Shown here: positions 37,258 through 49,300 of the stretch, piece after piece
Position numbering within the stretch: position 1 is the first letter of the stretch
Layout: every line of letters starts with the position of its first letter
Source: Paragordius varius
Taxonomy: Eukaryota > Animalia > Nematomorpha
Reading direction: 5' to 3'
DNA: 64,000 nucleotides
Assembly (NCBI GenBank): GCA_964247055.1
Contig: OZ176056.1
Span: 3,906,001-3,970,000, forward strand
Notes under the pieces: model-generated
What the model saw: the letters and a program-made list of their open reading frames with translations, nothing else
Told to the model about the DNA's origin: nothing
The model's database searches: none
Translations under genes and position numbers: made by a program

Positions 37258-40169
37258 TAAGGTGACCAGATTTTTTGAAGGAAAAAGCGGGACAAATCTG
37301 AGAAATGGGGGGGGGTTATGAGGTGGGGTGTACAACCAAAAATTTATTGTAGTATTTATTTATTTTTAACACAAATACATTATATATATAAAAAAATATT
37401 TAAATCCTTGGTATATTTTTTATTTGAGTGAATGCGTTTTAGCAGATTGTCATCATTTTATAAAATATTGTAGAAGTCTTCACAAGAATTTGTCAAATTA
37501 CATTTAACAGATAACACGGCCTTTAAAGTCTCAACATTTATATTTGATTTTTCCAATGTCCACATCTGATTTACTGTGGAAAAAATGCGCTCAGTAGCAG
37601 CGTTGGTTCCACGTAAAGATAATGCAACTACAATTTTTAAAATATTGCATGGAACATAGTTTGTTTTAAAATGATGAAATATTTCTAACCATTTCTTTTC
37701 GACTGTATTTTTTTCTGTTGTCCATAATTTAAGTTTTTCATTATTAATATATTTTATAACTAATGATATTTTAGAAAAAAGATATTTTCTGTAAGGTTAT
37801 TTTGGGAATTTTTGGGAAATGCAGAAAGGATTTTTGAACATCGCACCAATTAAATTCAAGTTTTAATGTTATCCAATGAAAATGATCAATTTCATTAAAT
37901 TGCACCGTCCAGTCTACCAATAATCTTTACAGTTTGAAAACATTTTTAATGGTACAAGATATCTTGGCGATTTATTAAGCCTTGTTTTAAAATATTTAAA
38001 ATATTGCGGATGGTTACTGGTATAAAATTATTTTATAATCTTTCTACATTGGAATTTTAGGTTACTAACTTCATTGGCTACTTCGATTGCCGAAGTTTTG
38101 TCGCTTTCTATCAATTTAATAACATTTTGAAAGAGAGAAGCTTGATTATGTAGGAACTCTAACCATATTGAAGAATCACTTTCAAAAAACTTTTCCAAAG
38201 TTGTAGGACATTTGTCCTGTGATAAAAAAATAGGATTTTAAAGGATCATTTTTTAAAATTCCTTCGATAGCTGGCAGAAGAGCCAACCGAGTTTTACAAT
38301 ATCCAAGCATTTTTTAATATTGTACTTCTGTTGCACAGAATTTCTTAAGCGTTTCAACGCGTACCGTGTATATAAAAGTAGGAATATACCTTAACAACTA
38401 CATTTTCCACATCTAGGGGTAACAAATCAGCAGCTGTTTGAATAGCGTTGTGTGTTATAAGCGCTACACACCAACGTCAATAATGGATTAATATTATCTG
38501 CTAATTACTGAAAATTATTTTTTGTTTCCCTCCTTGCTTTTCCACCGAAGTTCGTATTGGTGTACCGCAATATGCGATGATTTTGTCTTTTAAATTATTT
38601 TTTCCTAGAATATTCATTATTGAAGTAAAATTATGTCGGAATTCGCACCGGGAAATAAAATTTAAAATTTTAATTTTACTCCGGTTTCTGGACAAAATAT
38701 TTTATTAACGTGGGAAATATTTTTGTTTCCCGATTTGATACATCAGAGTATGGCGATATGAAATTAATTTTCAGGAAATCTTTTTGTATTCAGAAAATGC
38801 ATGTGGCGAAAGGACAATGCATACAATGCCTTCAGCCTTTGTACGGGCACGAATAACATGTGAGGTACAATCCATAGATCTAATGGAATGATTGTGATTA
38901 ACGCGTGTAGATAAAACGCCTTGGGCTAGTGCCAAATTCTTTTCTTCCTCTCCAAAAGCGGTTATGCGATAAAAATCCCTCATTTTGTAAGATGATGCCA
39001 CCATATCTAAACATTTTTTATGTTTCTGTATTTCCATATGCTTTGTAATATTATGCTTACCGCCATGTGGTAGAGAGTGAACCCCTAACAGAAAGCATTA
39101 AACAAATGATTCATTCTTCGTTTTTTTGATAAAAGGAAATTCTTTCATTAAATCATCGTTAAATTTACAACCTCTTTTTGTACTCATATTTTAAACTAAT
39201 CTATATATTTATAAAAATGGAAAATGCTGGCTTTGTGATCTGGTACCGGAAAACCGGTAGACCCATTCAAATCCAAAGTTCGAAAAAATATAATCATTAA
39301 TAAATGTCCCACAATAGCTTCGCCCTTTTTTTTTAATAGGCCCCCAGTTCGGGCCCACCCCGTCTGAAAAACGGTTTTTTTTGAAAACAGAAATCCACAA
39401 AAATCGTGTCTTTGAGACAATTTTCTGGAGAAAGTATCATTCAATTTACTTATTTTCGATTGCGCCGAACATAGTCGTCTCGCTTTTGATTTAATCCCTC
39501 TTTTTACCCGCTCCCTTCGTAAAATGCCATTTTTTTCAAAAATCAAAGTCCACAAAAATAATTTTTTAAATCTATTTTTCGCCATATTAAACAATATATT
39601 AATTAGTATGAATGCTCCGTTTTAAAATTCCTATAAAATCATATCTATTAAATAATGTTTCGAAATAATCCACATATGTGGATCATTTTATTGTCCCTTA
39701 TTTCAAATAGCCCTCCCCCCCAGAAGTCCGAAGGACTTATTCTGGCTGCGTAGCAGCACGAGATTTACGCTAGTATTAATATAAAAAATATTATATTACC
39801 TTAATTTTTTGGAGTAAACGTATAAGCTACCGATTTGTGATATTAATTTGTCGTTTTGATAATGTTGGCAGTAGGATTAGGAAGCAAAGTGTATCATCAT
39901 ATGATATAAATTTGAAAAAAATAAATATTTTTAATTTAAAAATAAAAAACTTTAATTTAAAATTGATACAGATTATTAAGATAACTAATGATAATTAATT
40001 TAAACGGATAAAAAAAATAAATTTTTTATAAAAAACTTAAATGTATTTAAAAAAATCTTTTTTTATATAATAGTGAAAAAGCGGGACATTTCAAAAACGC
40101 AGCGGGAGGCGGGACAAAGTGTGAAAAAGCGGGACTGTCCCGCCAAAAGCGGGACGTCTGGTCACCTTA
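37258..40169 (-). mobile_element. Full-length hAT transposon, Blackjack-type termini, 2912 bp
   Basis: TIR TAAGGTGACCAGA ... TCTGGTCACCTTA, subterminal GCGGGAC repeats, perfect 8-bp TSD GTCATCAG at 37250-37257 and 40170-40177. Confidence 0.95.
37400..39187 (-). pseudogene. Disrupted hAT transposase
   Basis: MSTKRGCKFNDDLMKEFPFIKK..(stop)..HGGKHNITKHMEIQKHKK (decayed BED finger), HNHSIRSMDCTS..RTKAEGIV, and C-terminal dimerisation motif LSLRGTNAATERIFS..W; multiple stops and frameshifts. Confidence 0.85.
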
Positions 40170-40619
40170 GTCATCAGTTATGTTTAAAAAGTGATCGGCC
40201 GATCGCCTAAATGTAATCAATAAGCAGTCATCACTACCAGAACTGTAAAAAACTTGTGGAATATAAATTTAACCGTTTTAATTGGTTTTATAATAATTCC
40301 AATTATATATAAATAACATTTCTCAATCTGAAATTTTATTACATACCAATACATAAAAATAAAAATGAAGGGCTTAGTGGTTTATGATTAATAGGTATAT
40401 TGAGGTTTAGATCTGTCATTCCTGTTCAAACGAGTGTTTGAAGCCATCATGAGTAAATTCAATTTATATTTTCATTATTAATATTCTGGCTATTTTTGGA
40501 AGTCGTCACAGGTTTACCTATTCTTCAGTGCATTTACGATCGGTTCGATTTAAATACAAATCTACTTATTATTATAGCAAAAACATAAAAATATTTTTAA
40601 ATGTTTTACTTCTGGACCA

Positions 40620-41174
40620 ATAATATGGATAAAACACATTTACTTCACTCCTCTGATTCAATTGGGGTCTTTGGGGACCCCAGGCCTGTTAAAATCAATA
40701 TTTCCAAAAATATGGAACAAATTAATAATACCATTGGAAAAGTTTGCATTTAATTAACATTGGTGCACCGAAATATAAGAAATATTCTTTTAAGAAGACT
40801 TTATATTACTTATTTTATGAATAAACCTCAAGGTGTCAACATGACAAGTTTGCATTAGCTAAATATTAAAAAATGCATTATAAACCACTTTTTCTGTTTA
40901 TATCAATTTTAGATGTTACTTGAACAAAATGTTAGCTTTAATTATAGCGTAAGAATTAAATAAACCCGAATTTTATGGGTGTCTAAGTAATTTAATCTGA
41001 AACTTTCTTTCAAAACTAAATTTTATTTATATATTTTGGCATATTTTTATAATTTATTTCAAGATAGAAGCTTGAATTTAAATGAGGACCATACTTTTCA
41101 GTAATTTTTTTGACAATATCAATTTGGAAATTGTCTGGGCTCTCTAGATACCCCAATTTGAATTGAAGTGTTAA
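40620..41174 (+). mobile_element. TTAA-flanked MITE, decayed copy
   Basis: GATTCAATTGGGG..CCCCAGGCCTGTT near the left end and GATACCCCAATTTGAATTGAAGTGTTAA at the right end. Confidence 0.6.
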
Positions 41175-41944
41175 ATAGCATTTATTTTTAAGATGCAAAT
41201 TTAAGCATACCAAAAAGAGATTTGATAAACGACATAATTGTCCAGACTGAATATATGATTTTAACTTAAAATGACTCAGCATTACTTTAAACCTCGAAAT
41301 CCTTTTAATTATGCCATAAATTTTCTATTATGATGAACGTCATTGCCATTTCATGTGATGACTATATAATTGCCGCATTACACCAAAATCCGATAAATTG
41401 TTAATTGTGTTCAAATTTCTAATTAAAATAATTTAAATTTGCTATAGAAAATAATTTTCCAATGCGTTTTTAAATCAAAACTTTTGTGTACACTTATAAT
41501 CGATAAAGATCAAAGATTGATATTATTTAAATTAAAAATTTCTTATTCAGTTTCCGTTTCGTTTAATCATAATCACTACCCTTCGGATGAAGAAAAAACT
41601 GCTCACTTGGGTCAAAAAAATTTACGAAAATTATAAATTTATAGCATTTAATTAACTATTTTTTGTCATAGTTATTTGGTGTGTTAAAAATTTTATCTCA
41701 ATCAAAATAATTATGATTCAATTTATTTATATAATACATTGTATCATATACATATCATATATAAGAATAATTTAGTTTATGTAAACTCAAAAGAGGTTGA
41801 TGTTGATTGTAATTTTTATGGCCGGTTCCGGCATTCCTTTCTTCAGTTTTAGCGCGCATTTTTTTCTTTTCAAGGAATAATATTTGCAAAAACTTTCTTT
41901 AACCGAAACTTTCCTTTAAATTTTTTTTGTATTAATAATGGTTA

Positions 41945-43272
41945 TTATGTGGTCGGTAATTCCACTGTTTTGATTTGTTTTGCAGATAATGAAATAGGTA
42001 ATAAATAGGAAATTTTTTTAACAATAACCAAATATATATTGTAATTAACTAAATAATACGCTTTAATTATAAATGATGTGACTATCATGAGAGTTGATGT
42101 TATAAAAAAATTATGACATGTAGAGTGTAGACAATTGGTAGAAAATATAAATGTTATCGATAAAAAAATATTGCAAATATAAATGTGTGATGATATAATT
42201 GTGATGAGTAAACTTGAGACGATACTTTTGTAGATGAAAACTGTATTTTTATTGTACCAATTTAAAAGATTCTTCTTGACGATTACATTACAAAACAATA
42301 TTAAATTTTGTATTGATCCGACTGAAAGGGTTGAAATGCCAAAGTACACCAATAAAATAACTGCATAAATTTTGATTATTAGGGCTGAATTTGTAATCAT
42401 ATTGTGGCTGCTAAATGCAGATGAAGTTTTAAAATATGCATTAGCATTGTAAAATCTTCGTTGGTTCTGACTCCCATACGCATGTGAAATATTTTGGCTT
42501 TTAGATATTATGTCAGGTAGGGTTGGACAATCGCCTATAAAATTTATATAAAAAAATTCATATCAAATAAGGTAATCTATAATGGGATTATGACACATAT
42601 TGGTTATATACCATTTACAGTAGTTCGAATTCACCCTCCTTGAACAATTTAAATTCACACTAAAAATAAATTATATGTTTTCTAACTTATATAACTTATT
42701 CTTAATATAATATATATAATAGCATAATAGTTTATTATTTTTTCAATTGTCTTTTAATTTAATACAAAATTTTACTTTTTATAAACAAATTTTAAAAATA
42801 TAATTTATTTGAGGGTGAATTTGAATTCAAAGCTAAATTTAAATTGTTTAAGGGTGAATTGTAAATGGTTTATTTAATGCTTATATTGTTACTTTTGCCA
42901 AAAAAAATATAATTCATTGTATATGTTTTTAAACCGTATTTATTGGGATTCACAAAAACATTTGATTTACTCATGGCTCTATTATTTTAGAGTAAATATT
43001 TTACAGTTTTTATATTTAGTAACAAAATTTTAAGTATCTTAAAGATTTATTATATCATTACGTCTTGAACGCGCTTGATATCTCATAATGCCATCAACAT
43101 TGGGGTCCACATTTCGTTTACACACACCTTGAGTATTTGTTATGTGGAGCGTATTTGTAACCTTATCTTCTTTGATTACCTTTGAATGGAATAAATTTGA
43201 AATTAAAATTTCTAATATCAAACATGTGAATTTAAAAAACAATATTGGTAAAATCATTTTTTTTTCATTATG

Positions 43273-43320
<48 letters not shown>

Positions 43321-46300
43321 CGACAAAATAAAGATAAAGTTATAAAAACGGGTATATATTTTTTCGAAATATGGTTCTTTTTATATATCATTTACATTTC
43401 AAATACACCTTCAAACAATTTAATTTCACCCCCAAAAAATTATGTGTTTTTTAAGATTAAAAATTACTTTTATGTTATAATATTTTTAAAATATGAATTT
43501 CTGTTTAAAATTAAAATGCTGCAAAAATAATAAACTATGTCGCAAAAATATATATCATATTAATGATGAGTTATATTAGCACGAAACAACATAATTTATT
43601 CTTAGGGTGAATTTAAATTGTTCAAGGGAGAATTTAAATTATAAATAGTATATATAAAATATTTCATCATATTATTTAAAACTTTATATAATTGTAAATG
43701 AAAAAAACTTACAAAGCAGTTTAGATATTTGGAGTGATATTCGCTAGATATGACATAATTAACACCATTCTCCTCCCAATGGGCATGGCATTTGAATAAA
43801 CCTATCAATTAAATATAAGTAATTTTTAATCTTTATTAACGAAAAATTCAAATTATTGAAAATACTTTAGAATGCCAAAATTTAATTTTTATTGAAAGGA
43901 AAAAAAATATTTAAAAATCGAAAATGATTTTCTGAAAACGAAAACCAAAATAGATTTTATTTTTTTTACTTATGGTCCTTTGCTTCAAATCCGATGGGCA
44001 AAAATGATGTATAGCCATAAGATTGGGTTTATGGCATCCAAAATCAAGGATAGAGAATTTCCTAACATTACTGCATTTATTTGAGTTTGATTTTATATTA
44101 TTATAGTTATGATTAAAATTTTGTAATTTTTTGATCAAATAATTTTGATTATGTTCAATTGGCGCCGCATGATATGTATTAGCCAAATAATTGACATTTC
44201 GACCGCTATTGTGACGAGTATAATATGTTGCCGTTTGACCAAATTTGTTTGCAGTATTTTGATGGTAATATAAATTTTTATTTGAAATAAAAGAATTAGT
44301 TTTTCTTGGCAAATTTGGATGGTCCTCACGTTTTTGAATTCGATTCCTGCTTCGTTCATGTATATTGTCATTAATAACTAATGGTTGATGGGCCTGATTG
44401 GGTGAAATTTGATATAGGCCCGCAAAAGGACAGGGCAATGTATTAAATAATTCTTCTGATGTAGTTTCAACTATCATACATTGGATAAATATGAAAATGA
44501 AATAACTCATAAAAACGAAAAAAAAACTGATTGATTTTTGAAAATTAAATTTTAATTCACAATAAAATTTATAAAATATAAACCGGCAAGAGTAGAATAT
44601 CGGATAGATGATGACAACCGACTAGGGTCAAAATAATCCTTGGTACAAGCCAAATGAGGTGATGGAGCAATGAATCCTAAAACGATATAAAAATTAAGCA
44701 AAACTTTATTAAATGATGTCAATATATATATATATATATACAATTTCGAATTTACTATTGCACATTTAAAATATACCCTAAAAATAAATTATCTGTTTTC
44801 GGGCTAATATAACTTATCACTAATATAAAATATATTCTTATGGCATAGTTAATTTTTTCAGTATTTAATTAATTTTAACAAAATTTCATTTTAAAAATAT
44901 AAAAATATATAGGTAATTTTTAACTCCAAAAACCCATAATTTATTTTAGGGTAAATCTGAATTGTTTAAGGATTTCAACGGTAAATGGATATATATATGT
45001 ATATATAATATTTTTATGGGTAAAATCATGGGTTTTTTATTTTTTAACATTCAAAAAATATAAAAAAATAAAAAGAAATATATAACAAATGGAAAATTAC
45101 TTAAATTTAAAAATATTTTAAGGGGTTTACCTTCTTGTAGTTCGACTATATGTCGGCTCCTTTGATGTACAATGAGGCATTTGAATCCATGAAAACTGTA
45201 AAAACCAAAATATATTTTTATTGTAAATCTTAATAAAAAATATATATTTTGCTCCAAAAAATGTTATAATAAAAAACTAAGCTATAACAAATTTTAAATA
45301 TTTAAAAAAACTCTATACCATCCAAAAACAGTGTAGACAATGTATTTCGATGATTTTATATTTTCTTCATTAATTATAAGATGTTTTTCGTCTATAATTT
45401 GAGTTGATTCAATTTGTCGCTTATGCACGAATTTTTTGAAATTTTCTTTATTTTTTCGGTAATATAATCGATTTTCTAGCGGTTTTATAAATTTGTCTTG
45501 ATATTCATTTATATTTTTATTATTAATTGGTAACTGTTTATAACAACTCATCTTTTCGATAGGGTGATTCCAATTTAAATCTAAAATCATAAAATGGTTT
45601 AATAAAATTTTAATTTGTCTTCATAGATTTCGATATAATTATAATAACTTTACCATTAAATACGGAAACAAATCGAAAAAAATTATCCATTTTCTGATTT
45701 GTTTGGATTCAACAATACTTATGTTAGGAATGGATATATAATTAAGTTTAAAAAACAAAAGAGTTTAAATCAAAAAACTCAATTGTAAAATTACCTGCTT
45801 AAAAAGCTGTAGCAAAAAATTAATAAATTACTTTTTCGATACAAATGCAAAGATTTAATTGCACGGTTTTCTTGGTTAGGAGAGTTGTTTGGATTTGATA
45901 TACCACCAAGCGTTTCATAATACCCAGATTTATTTAACAAAGGCCATTTCAAGTGCTGTCCAAAAAAGGCAGGAAACGTACAATCACCAATTTTATTCAT
46001 ATCTTTAACGACTAAAAAATTTGATTTTGACAAAAAAAACAATGTTAAAAATATCTCACAAAATTGGGAAAAATAATTTTGGGGCAAAAATTTACCCGTT
46101 TGCAATTCAAAGACATGGGGTCCATCCTGAGCTGAAAAAATCCCAAAACACGACGAATCATAACTCATAGACAGAATGTAACCTTTGGCAGTTTTTTCGT
46201 AAATCTAAAAGTTAACGAAATATATATATACATGGATATTTACGGTTACAATATTAAAAACTTAAAGATTATATATGATAAAAATTACAAAGCATCGAAA

Positions 46301-49300
46301 GTTTTGAACATTTGATTTGGTTATTGTCGTTTGATCCTTATCAAGAGATTTTTTCGCAGCCGTTTTTGCATTAATTTTAGATGCGTTATTTGTAATGTTT
46401 AAATCCAAATGTGCGTTAAAAGTTTTTTCTAAGTCCTTAGAAGAATTTTCTTTAGGATCAGAGGTAGAAACAGTTTTTTGATGCCAAAAATCGACGAAAC
46501 CCGCTAAATAATTTTTGGAACCGTCTCGCCATTCCGCCATGCACGAAAGCTTGAAATCTAAAATAAATTGGAATATTTTAGTATAATACCCTTTCTCTTA
46601 AAAGTTTTTGCCAAAAAAACAAGGTTTGAAATCAACAAACTTACTCAATAAAATAGGTTCATCATTGGTTTTTCCATTCTGCTGGGATTGACCTGGTCCT
46701 TGTCCTGTTTCTGTATTAAGTTCAAAAAAATTATTTAATGTAGTTTCTTGATTGTCATCATTAATATTTTTAGTTCCTTTATCACAAGTTTGGAATCGGA
46801 ATAACAGTTGTGAGGGATTTGTACATTTATCCAAATAATTTTGATTTGTAAACGACGTGGCAGACCAAAAATTATTTTGGTCTCGCCTAAGTTCTCCAAT
46901 TTTATCATCAAAAGTTGTAGAGTGTATTAAAGTCTTATCTACATCAAAGCTCTGAGAAAAGTCGGTAAATTGATCGAAATTCTCATTGTTTTTAACATTT
47001 TCTCCGTTACAAACGGTCGTCCCGAAATCACCGGTGTATTGAAAGGTATATCTTTCATCTCCAAATGGGCATTTTATATTGCTGGGGTTAGCTATTAAAG
47101 TTTTTATAAACATAAGAAAAGGAATGAATAAATCTTAATTGAAAGCGTAATATCAATCTGTGAGTCTAAAGAAGCAAGGCGCTATGAATCTATCATATCT
47201 TAACAATACTTCTTATTGTTATAAATTAACCAATTTAATTTTTTTTTATGGAATGTACCAAATACTGATATAGACTTATCTAGAAAATTGGATTTATTTA
47301 TTTTTTATATTTTTTTTATAAAAACTCATAGAAGTTTTAATACCTAACTATTTATATTTCTCATCACAAATATTTTAATAAAGAAATTTCAAAATAAATT
47401 CTACCTCGGAAGAGAGTGTGTAAAAAGGCGTCTCCACCAATTTGATCACAAATGACTTGTAAAGTGTTTTTAGGTCCACAATAACCTATTAAATATATAT
47501 ATATATATTATAAATTGCTTAAAAAATTATTAAATTATTTAAATTTCGAAATAAGAAGTAATTTACTTTCTTTATATTGCAAAACATTGTAATGTTTTTC
47601 GGTGATGAATAGGCATTGGTAACAATTTTGTTCTCTACAAAGGAAATAAATTTTATTTAAAAAAAAGTGTAATTCACCCTTAAACGATTTAAATTTACCC
47701 TTGAACGATTTAAATTCACCCTGAGCAATTCAAATTTACCCTCGAACAATTCGAATTCACAAGATTAAAAATTATTTATATATATTTATATTTTTAAAAA
47801 ATGAAATTTTGTTTATCAAAATAATACTGAAAATATAAATACTATGCAATAAAGATATATTTCATATTAATAATAAGTATATTAGTTCGAAAACACACAA
47901 TATATATTAGGGTAAATTTGAATTGCAAGGGTGAATTTAAATTGTTTGAGGGGAATTTAAACTATGAATGGTAAATTATTAAAAAAATTGGAATCTTCGA
48001 TAAAATAGAAATTATTTCATTTAAGTAATGATCTATCTCTATTTAACATGCCTAAGATATTAATCTGAATTCTTTTATGGTACATTTATGATAAATTTTA
48101 GAAAAAATTCAATGTAAACTGGTTTATATGCGCAATATTAGCTTAAATTAATTTCTTAACCTATTTTATAATTTGCAATATAAACTCCTCATTTTATAAT
48201 TTTAACTAAATTATTTTTTACAAAATTTATCCCTTATTTGTTAGGGCATTCATTAAGTTTAAGATATAAGGCTGGTTTTTTATGTAATTTGATGCTTAGA
48301 GTATAATGGGAAAAATGGATTTTTCAATATATACCTCTATCCAACAATACAATATTAATAATGTCTTAATTACTTAAATCAGGTAAACTTTTATGATGGA
48401 AAAACCAAGGCAGTATTATAATTCTATAAAACAGTAATGATAATTATTGACTCTAATGAATAGATTATTTTAAAGTTAATACGGATTAATTTATGGTGTT
48501 TATGATTAAATTTCATTTTAAATTAGCTTAACTTATGTGTATTTTGTATATATCCTTGATTTTTATTTTTTTAAAAAAGAAAAGGTAATTATCGATCGAT
48601 ATTACAAAAAAAGTATCGAATAGGAAATATATTGTCTCCTCTTTTATCATCAAAGATTATTAAAAATTAAATTATATTAAAAAGTTAATCATTTTAATTT
48701 TCAGATTTGTTTGCCTATAAGTTTGTTTTTATTTTTAGCGATACTATTTATCAAATTTCCCTAGGGAACTATACTATAACGGATTAATTATAGCCAGCAT
48801 TAAAGAAAAGTTAGAGCGCACAATTTTTAATTTATCTCCAGAACAGTTAGGATTTTTATTCGGAATTTTTTCTTTGAAAAAAAAAAGCTTTTAAAGAACG
48901 TAATTGTTTATTTAACCGAAATTTTGGTTATAATTGTTTTATATTTTAAACGTGTTTAAAAGTAATTACTAATCAGAATTCTTATCGCCTATGAAAGAAA
49001 GTTCAAGTGGCTTTTAAACAATTAGTTTTTTATTTTTTTAAATTACAGATAAATGATAAAGGTAACGCTTTAGTAATTTAAATAATTGATTTTTATATTA
49101 ATTTATCTAGCAAAAATTATCCAATATAATATTTTTATTTTATAGGTGGAATACGTGTTGTGCTTTATTCTAGCTGTTAAACAGAGAGTATTAAAAATTT
49201 AGCAAACATTTGTGTTATTTAACTTATCTTTATAATCTAACCCAAATTCTTTTTAAATTTGCTTGGTAGTATGTAGCTGTAAGTTAAATATAAACAATTA

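Noticed and set aside
39196-39594. Two minus-strand ORFs upstream of the hAT transposase
   Set aside because: Fall in GC-richer subterminal DNA of the element; no protein motifs.
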